From Patescibacteria group bacterium (lineage in GTDB: Bacteria > Patescibacteriota > UBA1384 > 2-12-FULL-50-11): a DNA stretch of 39,167 bases. The DNA lies in contig JBGOUP010000001.1 of assembly GCA_041477655.1 (NCBI GenBank), positions 1-39,167 of the forward strand, read 5' to 3'. Positions within the stretch are counted from its first letter, which is position 1. Each line of letters starts with the position of its first letter. The position numbers and the translations under genes are program-made. The notes beneath the pieces are model-generated. The model did no database searches, was not told the DNA's origin, and saw nothing but the letters and a program-made list of their open reading frames with translations. Shown here one piece after another: positions 5,806 to 15,367 of this stretch.

Positions 5806-6336
5806 ATGGTCACCACAGTTGATTATTTGCACCAGCGGGTCGGAGTCTTTATTGATGTCCAGAACCTCTATTACAGCGCCCGAACCATGTACGACAGCCA
5901 CGTTAATTTCGTTAAAATCGTTGAACAGGCCACGGCCAAACGTCAGCTGATTCGAGCCATTGCCTATGTTATTAAATCCGACGCGCCACGCGAACAGAGT
6001 TTCTTTGATGCCTTGGGCAAATCCGGACTTGAACTTAAATCTAAAGACATTCAAATTTTTCCTGGCGGCGCCAAGAAGGGGGACTGGGACGTCGGCCTAG
6101 CCGTTGACGCCATCAAGATAGCTGATCGTCTAGATGTTATCGTTATAGTTAGCGGTGACGGCGATTATCTGCCCTTAGTCACCTATTTAATTGAAAACAA
6201 GGGTTGCCGAGTTGAAGCTATGGCCTTTGGCCGAAGTACTTCAGCTAAATTGATCGAGGTGGTTGATCAGTTTTTTGATTTAGACAATCACACTCGCGAG
6301 TTCCTGATTAAAACTAATCACCATGCTGAAGGTTAA
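5806..6336 (+). CDS. NYN/LabA-like (PIN-fold) domain protein
   Basis: VGVFIDVQNLYY, GDWDVGLAVD and SGDGDYLPLV motifs. TAAAGT, 6 nt, then ATG leaderless-type start. Confidence 0.8.
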   Translation: MVTTVDYLHQRVGVFIDVQNLYYSARTMYDSHVNFVKIVEQATAKRQLIRAIAYVIKSDAPREQSFFDALGKSGLELKSKDIQIFPGGAKKGDWDVGLAVDAIKIADRLDVIVIVSGDGDYLPLVTYLIENKGCRVEAMAFGRSTSAKLIEVVDQFFDLDNHTREFLIKTNHHAEG

Positions 6337-7045
6337 AGACCTCCGTTTTGAGCAAAGTAGTAGTATCATCCTGGACAAAATATCCCTTGAAGTTAGCCGT
6401 GGCCAGATTTTCGGTCTGATCGGGCCGAACTCTTCTGGCAAAAGCCTACTCTTAGAGGTTCTCTCTGGGCGACAAGGATATTTTGAGGGCGATGTCCGCC
6501 TGGGAAGCTATAACCTCAAAACTGAGCCGACCAAAGCCAAGAGTCAGTTCGGTTATCTGCCAAATCCGGTTATTTTAGAAGACGGATTAACTGGTTACGA
6601 GCTTCTGGAGCTGGTCGGTTCATTGTATAGCCTCGGATCTGGTGTTCGTAGAGACAGAATATTGCAGCTGGCCAGCCAATTAGGCTGTCACGATGACTTG
6701 TATTCACTGCTTGAGCGTCAGGGTTTTGCTCTCAAGCAAAAAATTGGTTTAATCGCCGCCCTCATTCACCAACCGAGTCTATTGTTTCTTGACGAACCGA
6801 TTCTTCACCAAGATCCGACTGGCCAAGAACGGGTGATTGACCTACTTAAGGAAGAGAAAAAACGAGGCACTAGTATACTTTTGGCCAGTAACAACCTGCC
6901 TGTCGTAGAAGAGTTGGCCGATGTCATTGGCGTGGTCAATGAAGGCGGACTGTGGCGAGTTGGCAGTTTAGCTCAATTACGCAACCAAACTAAATCCAAG
7001 CATAAGGGGCTGGCGGCCATCTACGGCGAGCTTTTCAATGGCTGA
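6323..7045 (+). CDS. ABC transporter ATP-binding protein
   Basis: Walker A GPNSSGKS, Walker B LLFLDEP, degenerate signature motif. Overlaps the NYN gene by 14 nt. Confidence 0.8.
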   Translation: MLKVKDLRFEQSSSIILDKISLEVSRGQIFGLIGPNSSGKSLLLEVLSGRQGYFEGDVRLGSYNLKTEPTKAKSQFGYLPNPVILEDGLTGYELLELVGSLYSLGSGVRRDRILQLASQLGCHDDLYSLLERQGFALKQKIGLIAALIHQPSLLFLDEPILHQDPTGQERVIDLLKEEKKRGTSILLASNNLPVVEELADVIGVVNEGGLWRVGSLAQLRNQTKSKHKGLAAIYGELFNG

Positions 7046-8441
7046 ATGGTCGGTTTTTTTCCGACTCCGAACTTCGTTGTTTATTAGCAAGTTCGGTCGG
7101 GATGGTTGGCTAGGTTTGATTTCGACCACTCTGACCTTGCTACCCTGGCTGGTGCTAGCATTGGTGCTATTTGGTTTGGCCCAAAGCCTGCCACCCTCTG
7201 TTCGACCACTAGTCGACCAGGTGTTAGCTACCAGCGCCATTGTCGCTCCTTTGTTTTGGGGATTACTGTCGGGACTGACAGGAGAAGGTAGCCAGTCGGT
7301 ATCATCGTTAGGCATTATCCGGCAAGGAGCGTGGGCAAAGCTAACCGTGACCCTAGCCCTTCCCTTGATCATGTCTGTGGTCATTCTATTTCCTTTCCTG
7401 CTTGGCAGTTGGGTTGATCTTGGGCTAACGCCGTTAACAAAATCAGTTGGTTTAGTGGCAATTTTGTCGCTTGAAATTGGCCTGACTACGATTGGCTTTG
7501 CCTTGGCGTGGCTGATTAAGTTTATCGGCCGCCAGCTACTGGTTCGGCTGTTTTTGGTGGCGATAGCCCTTTGGGCAATTTGGTACAGCACAACCACTGC
7601 CCTGCCTAGCCTACTGACCCTTTCATTAACTTTAGGCGTAACCAATCAACTGACGGAACTGTTAATTATTGGTCTTGGTTGCATCGGTATGTCCGTTACC
7701 GTTATTGAGGCCATTGAAAACTCTGTCTTCAGCGCCCGACACCAACGAAAGTTAATAAAATACTGGTCGGTCTTGACGTCAGCCAGAGCCTTAACGTCAA
7801 GTTTTAACTGGTTTGACAGTCTCTTTGTTGTTAGCCTGCTTAATTTGGTTCGAAATAACGCCATTCATCGTCAACTAATTTTGCCTTTTATTTTTTTGAT
7901 ATTCGGTCTGCCACTCTTAAACGCTTTGTCACCCTTAGACTCAACAACAACCCTTATCGCTTCAAGCCTATTATTCATCCTACTTGGCAGTATAGTTTCC
8001 AGAGGATCCGGCAAAATCTGGTTAGAAACAATGGAGAAATTCCGACACACACCGGCTTTAAGGCCCTCCAGCTGGTGGGCGGTCTATTTAGCCTCGTTGT
8101 CAGTGATCTTGGTAATCGGGATTTTGTTTATTGGTTATATTGCCAGTTTCAGCCTGGCCTTAGACCTGAACGCTAAAGTACTGCTTTTGGTTCTACTAAT
8201 GGCTACTCACAGCCTTTACTTTTATTTTGGATCGGTTGAAGTTGCCAGAAATGTTTCGGCTAGCAGTCGAAAACTTATGGCGATATTGGCAGTGGCTCTG
8301 GTGTTTTCAGTCGTGACTGTCATGGCAGTATTAAGCGGCGCGGTTTCGTTGTTTTCGGTGCTAATCGTTAGTCTCATCTGGCTAATCGCATATGGCCTGA
8401 TACTGAAATGGCTAATGCCAATTAATTCCCAATTAATCTAA
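7038..8441 (+). CDS. Polytopic membrane protein, putative permease partner of the ABC ATPase
   Basis: 467 aa, about 10+ hydrophobic segments. 8-nt overlap with the ATPase gene. No family recognised. Confidence 0.6.
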   Translation: MAEWSVFFRLRTSLFISKFGRDGWLGLISTTLTLLPWLVLALVLFGLAQSLPPSVRPLVDQVLATSAIVAPLFWGLLSGLTGEGSQSVSSLGIIRQGAWAKLTVTLALPLIMSVVILFPFLLGSWVDLGLTPLTKSVGLVAILSLEIGLTTIGFALAWLIKFIGRQLLVRLFLVAIALWAIWYSTTTALPSLLTLSLTLGVTNQLTELLIIGLGCIGMSVTVIEAIENSVFSARHQRKLIKYWSVLTSARALTSSFNWFDSLFVVSLLNLVRNNAIHRQLILPFIFLIFGLPLLNALSPLDSTTTLIASSLLFILLGSIVSRGSGKIWLETMEKFRHTPALRPSSWWAVYLASLSVILVIGILFIGYIASFSLALDLNAKVLLLVLLMATHSLYFYFGSVEVARNVSASSRKLMAILAVALVFSVVTVMAVLSGAVSLFSVLIVSLIWLIAYGLILKWLMPINSQLI

Positions 8442-8556
8442 AACTAGTCGGCCAGCAATTCGATCAGGTACAATCAAGTCGATGCGTTGCATAATCTGGG
8501 GATTAGTCATTCTCTTTGTTGTCGGCTGGCTGATGGTCTACTTTAGATAGCAGACG

Positions 8557-9936
8557 ATGACAAGAGGAGAACGCTCCCCGATCGTCGGTCGGTGGTTTAG
8601 CCAACTTGGTCAGGCTTTTTTGAATCAACACCACCAACTTTATATTGTCGGCGGGGCTGTCCGGGATTTTTTGCTGGCTCGATCCATTGACGAGTGGGAT
8701 CTGACCACCGACGCCAAACCAGGCGAAATTGAAACTACCCTTAGAAAAATCGGGACTAGACAGATCGGTACCATCGGTAAAGAGTTCGGAACGATTACCG
8801 CTGTTTTTAGCGGCGAGAAGGTAGAAATTACCACCTTCAGGAGCGAGACTTACGACCCGACCAGCCGCAAACCCCAAACTTCGTTCGGTTTATCGCTTAG
8901 CGACGACTTGTCTCGTCGCGATTTCACTATTAATGCCATTGCCTATGATTGGCGCAAAGACGTATTAATCGATCCTCACAACGGACAGAAAGACATTGAC
9001 GATAAAATCATCCGTTCGGTCGGCGCGGCCAGTAAACGTTTTGACGAAGATCCATTGCGAATGCTTCGGGCTATCCGTTTTGCCAGCCAGTTGGAGTTTG
9101 CTATCGAGCGTGAGACCCTTGAGGCGATTAGCCAAGAAAAAAGTCGTTTAGCTATTGTTTCAGCTGAACGAATTGCCCAAGAATTTGATAAAATACTGCT
9201 TAGCCAGAAGCCAAGTGATGGAATTGAACTGTTGGTCAATACCGAACTCATTAACTTTGTATTGCCAGAACTAATTCCCGCCATCGATTTAGAGTTCGAC
9301 CCTCTGGAGCACAAAGATATTTATCATCATATTCTTCAGGTTCTGGATAACACACCGGCCAAATTGGAGCTACGTTGGTGCGCTCTGTTACATGACGTCG
9401 CCAAACCGATTACCAGACAGAAAATTAAAGGTGAGTATCATTTTTTGGGCCACGAAAATGTTGGCGCCAAAATGGCTCGGGTAGTTTTGGAGCGGCTTCG
9501 CTATCCCAAAGATTTTTGCCAATACCTAGCCAAGCTAGTCAGGCTCCACCAAAGGATCCCTGGGTATGATGGCTCCTGGAGTGATGGCGGAGTTCGTCGG
9601 TTTGTCCGTGACGCCGGGGAGACCCTCGACGATCTTCTCCAGTTTGCCGAAGCTGATGTTACCGGGGGCAACGAAAGGAAATTGGCCTTATACAAACGTC
9701 ATCGCCAAGAATTGCGAGAACGAATTGATGAGTTGGAGAAGCAAGCGGAAATTGCCAAAATTAAAAGCCCGTTGTCAGGTGAAGATTTAATGAAACTATT
9801 TAACCGCCCAGCCGGACCGTGGATAAAGCCGATCAAAGAAAGGTTGTTGGCTATGGTCCTAGACGGGGAGCTCCAAGCAGATGATAAAGATACCGCCGAG
9901 CGCGAGGCTCGGCGGTTGGTGGGGGAAAACGTCTAG
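8557..9936 (+). CDS. cca: CCA-adding tRNA nucleotidyltransferase with HD domain
   Basis: YIVGGAVRDFLL head-domain motif, RDFTINA, HDVAKP HD motif. Confidence 0.85.
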   Translation: MTRGERSPIVGRWFSQLGQAFLNQHHQLYIVGGAVRDFLLARSIDEWDLTTDAKPGEIETTLRKIGTRQIGTIGKEFGTITAVFSGEKVEITTFRSETYDPTSRKPQTSFGLSLSDDLSRRDFTINAIAYDWRKDVLIDPHNGQKDIDDKIIRSVGAASKRFDEDPLRMLRAIRFASQLEFAIERETLEAISQEKSRLAIVSAERIAQEFDKILLSQKPSDGIELLVNTELINFVLPELIPAIDLEFDPLEHKDIYHHILQVLDNTPAKLELRWCALLHDVAKPITRQKIKGEYHFLGHENVGAKMARVVLERLRYPKDFCQYLAKLVRLHQRIPGYDGSWSDGGVRRFVRDAGETLDDLLQFAEADVTGGNERKLALYKRHRQELRERIDELEKQAEIAKIKSPLSGEDLMKLFNRPAGPWIKPIKERLLAMVLDGELQADDKDTAEREARRLVGENV

Positions 9937-9937
9937 G

Positions 9938-10390
9938 CTAACGTCGGGATTCGGCCAGACTAACAGTCTGGCCAATTTCACCGACGGCCTTAACAAAACC
10001 GTAGATTTCCGACTCAATTTCTTCGCTGGTTGCCCAACGAAAATTCGGTAGGTTGTTCTCCCTTACCCAATTGGCTGGGAAAGGATAATGCGAAAGGATG
10101 TCGATAGGGCAAAACTCGTTGTCGGGGTTCCTCATCAACTCGACGAAATAGCTAGCGACGGCGACTATTTGTCGTTGTTCTTCCTCTGGTAGCTTGTCAC
10201 TATCCGTGGCCAGGATAGTGATCGTCCTGGGAAAGCTGTTGAAGTAAAGAGTGTCAATGAGCTGGTCTAGGCGACAGCTAGCGATTACGTGCTTGTCGGA
10301 GATTTTCGGCAAGACTAGCTCATAATCTTGGAACTTCAACACCTGACGAAGCGGATAGAGAAGTAATAAGTTTGAATTACTCGGATCCAC
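9938..10390 (-). CDS. Hypothetical protein (150 aa)
   Basis: GTG start preceded by AGGAGG with a 6-nt spacer. Its stop lies 1 nt from the cca stop (convergent). No family recognised. Confidence 0.5.
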   Translation of the reverse strand: MDPSNSNLLLLYPLRQVLKFQDYELVLPKISDKHVIASCRLDQLIDTLYFNSFPRTITILATDSDKLPEEEQRQIVAVASYFVELMRNPDNEFCPIDILSHYPFPANWVRENNLPNFRWATSEEIESEIYGFVKAVGEIGQTVSLAESRR

Positions 10391-10506
10391 GCCATACCTC
10401 CTAATTTGTTAAGCGAAACCAATCATATCAAATCCCAACTACACTGTCAAGACTTGCACCGATTGGATGGCTTTGTCATGATGGATCTACTAGAGGAGGG
10501 AAGTGA

Positions 10507-11601
10507 ATGTTCGCTAAATTTAAAACTTTTTTGAGCGTCAATAAAAAAGCGCTTTGGATTTCTCTGATGGTTGCGGTGGTTTCGGGGGCAATAGCAATCT
10601 GGCAGTTTTCTGGATCGAACAATTCGACAACTGCCACAACAACTCCTACAACTACCCCAACTCAATTACCCAGCCTATTAAACGGTCAACTCGTGTCGGC
10701 GGATATTGCCAATCGTCACCCAGTGGCTGTTATGATCGAGAATTCTCAACCGGCCCGACCACAAGTTGGCCTGACCGATGCTGATGTTGTCTATGAAGCT
10801 GTCACCGAGGGCGGAATTACTCGATTTATGGCCTTATACTCTACTAATTTCCCGACTAAGGTCGGTCCGGTTCGTTCAGCCAGAAGTTATTTTATTAACT
10901 GGCTTAGCCCCTACGACGCTTTCTACGGACATGCTGGAGGTAGTCCAACCGCATTATCTTTAATTTCCAGTGCTGGCATTAAAGACGCGGCCGGTTTTAA
11001 CGCCGCTTATCATCGCGAGCCAGCTCCGGGCGTAGCCAGCGAGCACACCCTGTTTGCCGATGTCTCTAAAATCTTTGATATTGGCAAAACTAGTAGCAAA
11101 TGGCCAGCTACTTTTGATTTCAAACCATGGTCATTTAAGGATCCGGATAAACTTCCCGGACCGGCTGGGAAGGTCAACGTTCATTTTTCCAGCTCACCGT
11201 TTGATGTTGTTTGGGATTACGTCCCAGCTACTAACAGCTATAATCGAAATCTAGCCGGAGCACCTCATAAAGATAAGGTCAGCGGTAAACAAATTAACGT
11301 CTCAACAATTATCGCTATCACTGTTTCCCATTCGCCGAACCCACCCTACTCGGGAACCGGTAAAGAATCCGAGTGGACGATGAGTGTCACCGGAACAGGC
11401 GCCGCCAGTCTCTTTTTTGACGGCAAGCAAATTAAGGGCACCTGGAGCAAGGCTACTCGAACCGACATGCTCAAATTCAGCGACAGCGCTGGTAAAGAAA
11501 TTGTTATGAATCGGGGCAAAATTTGGGTTGAGGTGATTCCTCAAGACGGAACAATCAGTTTGGTGGCTAGCCCAGCAACGACTAGTACAACCACCCCTTA
11601 G
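10507..11601 (+). CDS. DUF3048 (YerB-like) secreted/lipoprotein-type protein
   Basis: PVAVMIENSQPARPQVGLTDADVVYEAVTEGGITRFMALY is typical of DUF3048. N-terminal TM/signal segment. GAGGAGGG SD. Confidence 0.7.
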   Translation: MFAKFKTFLSVNKKALWISLMVAVVSGAIAIWQFSGSNNSTTATTTPTTTPTQLPSLLNGQLVSADIANRHPVAVMIENSQPARPQVGLTDADVVYEAVTEGGITRFMALYSTNFPTKVGPVRSARSYFINWLSPYDAFYGHAGGSPTALSLISSAGIKDAAGFNAAYHREPAPGVASEHTLFADVSKIFDIGKTSSKWPATFDFKPWSFKDPDKLPGPAGKVNVHFSSSPFDVVWDYVPATNSYNRNLAGAPHKDKVSGKQINVSTIIAITVSHSPNPPYSGTGKESEWTMSVTGTGAASLFFDGKQIKGTWSKATRTDMLKFSDSAGKEIVMNRGKIWVEVIPQDGTISLVASPATTSTTTP

Positions 11602-11619
11602 TTTAATTTTAGAGTATGC

Positions 11620-11643
11620 AAAAAGCCCCGTACGGGGCTTTTT
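11620..11643. terminator. Bidirectional rho-independent terminator between convergent genes
   Basis: aaaaAGCCCCGtaCGGGGCTtttt, with an A-run and a T-run on either side. Confidence 0.85.
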
Positions 11644-11653
11644 GCTGTTAACA

Positions 11654-12448
11654 TCAGTTGATTGATCGAGCCATGGCTAAAACGTGGTTAACGTAGGCCA
11701 TAGAGTGGTTGTAGCGAAGCAAGGCGGCGACATTGTCACCGCGAGCGGCTCCACCACCGGCCAGCAATTTAGCCGCGCCAAAGAGACAGTCCTTGGCATC
11801 AGCAATGTTAGCTGAACCGTTACCATCACCGTCAGTCGCATAGGAACGCCAAGTACTTGGCAAAAATTGACAAGGACCTTGGGCTCCAGCGTAGGACGAT
11901 GCTCCACCAAACCAACGTTGACCAGATTCTGCTTGCCAGACGGCGGCCAGAACTTTCCAGTCCATGCCAACCGAAGCGGCCGCTCGCTGTACCCAAGCCC
12001 GCTTCTCTTCAGGAGAAGCGTCAGTTTGGGTAATAGCGACGGTTAGAACCGTGGCTGAACTGTTTTGAGCGGTCCGTTCGGCCCGAGCAACTTTAAGCTT
12101 GGACTGATAGACCGATTCAGTTAGTTCAATTTTGAACGTCCGACTTGGCAACTCAACGACATTGCTGTTGTAGGTTGTGGCAAGCTGACTATCAAAAACA
12201 ACTGGATTATTTTGCTCTGGTTTATCGATTGACATATTAGCCGCCCCCTGACTCTGCTCGGGATGACCTTGAGGAATTTGAAAGGCCGCTGACGCACCGA
12301 CCGGAAAAACCAGCGGTAGAGCCAGCAAGACAAACATCAATCGCTTGGCAGTGTTCGATCGCGGAGCGTTCTCCGTTTTGTTAACTTTGCGAGAATTCTG
12401 TACCCTCCCTATCTTTCGTGACTTGAGCCACGAGCGTAGGGTTTTCAT
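11654..12448 (-). CDS. Secreted lytic transglycosylase (SLT-like) domain protein
   Basis: Signal/TM segment (LMFVLLALPLVFPVGASA). C-terminal AVWQAESG...GAQGPCQFLPSTWRSY glycosylase-like motifs. Confidence 0.7.
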   Translation of the reverse strand: MKTLRSWLKSRKIGRVQNSRKVNKTENAPRSNTAKRLMFVLLALPLVFPVGASAAFQIPQGHPEQSQGAANMSIDKPEQNNPVVFDSQLATTYNSNVVELPSRTFKIELTESVYQSKLKVARAERTAQNSSATVLTVAITQTDASPEEKRAWVQRAAASVGMDWKVLAAVWQAESGQRWFGGASSYAGAQGPCQFLPSTWRSYATDGDGNGSANIADAKDCLFGAAKLLAGGGAARGDNVAALLRYNHSMAYVNHVLAMARSIN

Positions 12449-12631
12449 TAATCCGGTACGGTTACCTCTTTCTTGTTAGACGTAATAAACGCCGTTCCCA
12501 AGGTCCTGCCGCTATCGGCTTGACTTCTTTGTTTCGACAAACAAAAAAGCTTCCCTGGGGAAGTTTGACAATAATAGCATATATTAATAAACCTGTCAAC
12601 CCCTGATAGCGATTGTCAGGCCAAACAGAAA

Positions 12632-12640
12632 TGGTACGAT
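12632..12640 (+). promoter_or_regulatory. Extended -10 (TGgTACGAT) placed 6 nt before the HIT ATG, giving a leaderless architecture
   Basis: TG-n-TAnnnT, then cagccg, then ATG at 12647. No SD. Same geometry at 5794, 24657, 35218 (-) and 37714 (-). Confidence 0.5.
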
Positions 12641-12646
12641 CAGCCG

Positions 12647-12976
12647 ATGGACGACTGCATTTTTTGCCAAATTATCAACGGGAAATTACCTTCAGAAAAA
12701 GTAGCGGAGACAGACCTAACTCTGGCCTTTAAAGATATCCACCCCAAAGCGCCGGTGCACGTCTTGATTGTGCCCAAAACTCACCGCCGTAGGCCTGATG
12801 AATTGAGCCCAAAAGAGCTAGAGGATTTATTTAAGCTCTCTCGTGAAATTGTCCAGAGGACCGGCGTAGTCGAGACTGGCTACCGATTGTCGTTTAACAT
12901 CGGCCGAGATGCCGGTCAGTTAATTGATCACGCCCATCTCCATCTATTAGCTGGTCGTCCACTGTCGCTAGGCTGA
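12647..12976 (+). CDS. HIT-family (HinT-like) nucleotide hydrolase
   Basis: CIFCQIINGKLP N-terminus and the histidine triad HAHLHLL. Confidence 0.85.
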   Translation: MDDCIFCQIINGKLPSEKVAETDLTLAFKDIHPKAPVHVLIVPKTHRRRPDELSPKELEDLFKLSREIVQRTGVVETGYRLSFNIGRDAGQLIDHAHLHLLAGRPLSLG

Positions 12977-13039
12977 AGTACTAACTTCCTTGCCGCCGCT
13001 TAACATCCACCGATTTTTTTGTTACACTGTAACTCAATA

Positions 13040-13237
13040 ATGATCGAAAGAAGCTCCAGCGAGACCAGTCCATCAGTCGAAGTCGTTCTTCGTCGCTTTT
13101 TCCGTGATGTTCAACAGTCCGAGATTATGACCGAAATTAAAAAGCGCCGATTCTTCGAAAAAAAGTCTTCCCGGATTAAACGACGCCAAACTGCTTTAGT
13201 TAAGGCCAGCCGCCGCAAGATTCGCCGCGGTTACTAA
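13040..13237 (+). CDS. rpsU: 30S ribosomal protein S21
   Basis: Basic 65-aa protein (VVLRRFFRDVQQSEIMTEIKKRRFFEKKSSRIKRRQ...). ATG at 13040 preferred over the TTG at 13019. TGtTACACT extended -10 at 13020..13028. Confidence 0.8.
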   Translation: MIERSSSETSPSVEVVLRRFFRDVQQSEIMTEIKKRRFFEKKSSRIKRRQTALVKASRRKIRRGY

Positions 13238-13680
13238 TGTCACTGTTGGATCAGCTTTCAACCGATTTGACATCAGCCCTACGTCAGTCTGATCAGGCTA
13301 AAAAAGACGTCATTCGTTCGATAATTTCTCAAGTTCGTTTAACAGAGAAAGAACGGGGATCAGCCCCAGCCGACCTAGATGTCGTCAGTGTCATACAAAG
13401 GGAAGTAAAACGCCGTCACGAGGCTATTGCTATGTATAAGCAGGCTAATCGCCAGGATGCCATCGACCAAGAGACTTTGGAGCTGACAATTCTTCAGTCA
13501 TATCTGCCTGAACAAATGAGCCAAGAAGATATAAGGATCGTGATTGAAGAATATTTAGATAGTAACCCTACAGATCCAAACGGCATGGGTCAGGCAATGG
13601 GCGCGCTGTCGGCTAAACTCAAGGGTAAGGCTGATATGGCCATGGTCTCCCAAATCCTCAAAGAGCTAATGTCTGCCTAG
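13237..13680 (+). CDS. GatB/YqeY-domain protein
   Basis: Typical YqeY N-terminus (LLDQLSTDLTSALRQSDQAKKDVIRSIISQV). Conserved rpsU-yqeY linkage. Confidence 0.8.
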   Translation: MSLLDQLSTDLTSALRQSDQAKKDVIRSIISQVRLTEKERGSAPADLDVVSVIQREVKRRHEAIAMYKQANRQDAIDQETLELTILQSYLPEQMSQEDIRIVIEEYLDSNPTDPNGMGQAMGALSAKLKGKADMAMVSQILKELMSA

Positions 13681-13686
13681 CCTGTC

Positions 13687-14070
13687 ATGGCTACTCTCGA
13701 GTTTGGCGTTATTAACCAAACCAGTCAGAAGATTGGCAGTGACGAAATTACCGACCACTTGAGTCTTGTCTTGCACCGACTGGGCGTCGCTGATAGATTG
13801 AAAGGAGAGCTGATTTTGGTGGAGGATCAAACAATTAGACAACTCAACAAAAAGTTTCGTGGAAAAGCTGAATCAACCGACGTTCTAAGTTTTCCCCAAC
13901 CAACAAGTCATCAAATACAAGAAGATGATGGTCGGGTATTAGGTTCGATTATTATTTCAATCGAGACCGCCCAACTTCAGGCCGACCAAGCGTCAATTTC
14001 ATTATTAAACGAATTAAAAATGTTAGCTAGCCACGGATTGCTTCATTTATTAGGGTACGATCACCACTAA
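13687..14070 (+). CDS. ybeY: rRNA maturation endoribonuclease YbeY
   Basis: HGLLHLLGYDH zinc-binding motif. Confidence 0.9.
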   Translation: MATLEFGVINQTSQKIGSDEITDHLSLVLHRLGVADRLKGELILVEDQTIRQLNKKFRGKAESTDVLSFPQPTSHQIQEDDGRVLGSIIISIETAQLQADQASISLLNELKMLASHGLLHLLGYDHH

Positions 14071-14085
14071 TGTATCAGGAGGGGA

Positions 14086-15327
14086 ATGCCTAAAGACTCG
14101 CTGATTGTCGGCCTAGACATCGGCTCGACTAAAATTGCTGTCTGTATCGGCACCGTTAATGAGGGCGTTCTGCATATTATTGGCCTGTCATCAATCAGTC
14201 ATAATGGTCTGCGAAAGGGGATGGTTGACGATGTTGAGGAAACTGTTAGCGCTATTTCCCATGCCCTAGAAGAGTCCGAACGGATGGCCGGCGTTAATAT
14301 TAGCCACGCCTTTGTTGGCATTAATGGCGGGGCTATCGAGGCTAATCCAGCTAAGGGAGTAATTGCTATCTCCAAAGCTAACGGCGAGATTGACGGCAAC
14401 GACGTTTTAAGGGTAATTGAAGCGGCTAAAACCGTGGCTTTGCCCCAGAACAGGGAACTTATCCACGTCTACCCACAACAATTTATTGTTGATGGCCAGG
14501 ACGAAATTCGTGACCCTGTTGGAATGACCGGTATTCGCCTAGAAGTTGATAGTCTGATCATCAGTGGTTCTTCGGCTTCGATCCGTAATTTAATGAAAAC
14601 AGTTGATCAAGCTGGGCTGGAAGTTGACGGCCTGGTTTTTGGACCACTAGCCGCCGCTAAATCTGTTACTACTAAAAAACAACGTGAGAGCGGGGTGGTG
14701 GTGGTTGATATTGGAGCTGGCTCGGTGGATTTGGCTGTTTTTGAGGAATCAAAATTATTGCATTGCGCTAGTTTGCCGATTGGTTCTAAACATATAACCC
14801 ACGATATTGCTATTGGCTTGCGAAAAAATCTTGACGTAGCTGATGCCATCAAGTTGAAGTACGGCAGTGTCTTGCCAGATAAAATTCGCGAGGGCGAGTT
14901 GATCAATTTAAGCAGTCTCGATCCGGCCGAAGATGAACGGATCTCACGCAAGCACGTAGCTGAAATTGTTGAGGCCCGGGTTTCCGAGATGCTTCATATG
15001 ATTAAAGATGAGCTACAAAAGATCGGCAAAGACGGCGTCCTGCCGGCAGGTGTTATATTTACTGGCGGTGGCTCGGAAATTGATGGCTTAACCGAGCTAG
15101 CTAAAAAGGTTCTTCGTCTTCCTTCGGAAATAGGTTTGCCCATGGCCCAACTTTCCGGTATGATTGACAAAATTGACAATCCCTTATACGCTACCAGCGT
15201 TGGACTTGTCATTTGGGGAATGGAAGATGGCAGTCCCGCAGGTCTTGCACCTTGGAGACTGAATTTAGGAAAATTTGGGGGGGTGATCGATAAGTTTCGT
15301 GGGATATTCCGAAACTTTACCGACTAA
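14086..15327 (+). CDS. ftsA: Cell division protein FtsA
   Basis: Actin-fold motifs (VGLDIGSTKI, VVVDIGAGSVDLAVF, FTGGGSEIDGL). Directly upstream of ftsZ. Confidence 0.93.
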   Translation: MPKDSLIVGLDIGSTKIAVCIGTVNEGVLHIIGLSSISHNGLRKGMVDDVEETVSAISHALEESERMAGVNISHAFVGINGGAIEANPAKGVIAISKANGEIDGNDVLRVIEAAKTVALPQNRELIHVYPQQFIVDGQDEIRDPVGMTGIRLEVDSLIISGSSASIRNLMKTVDQAGLEVDGLVFGPLAAAKSVTTKKQRESGVVVVDIGAGSVDLAVFEESKLLHCASLPIGSKHITHDIAIGLRKNLDVADAIKLKYGSVLPDKIREGELINLSSLDPAEDERISRKHVAEIVEARVSEMLHMIKDELQKIGKDGVLPAGVIFTGGGSEIDGLTELAKKVLRLPSEIGLPMAQLSGMIDKIDNPLYATSVGLVIWGMEDGSPAGLAPWRLNLGKFGGVIDKFRGIFRNFTD

Positions 15328-15367
15328 AAAAGGCTAGATTAGATCACAGGACATATTTTTTCACCAT

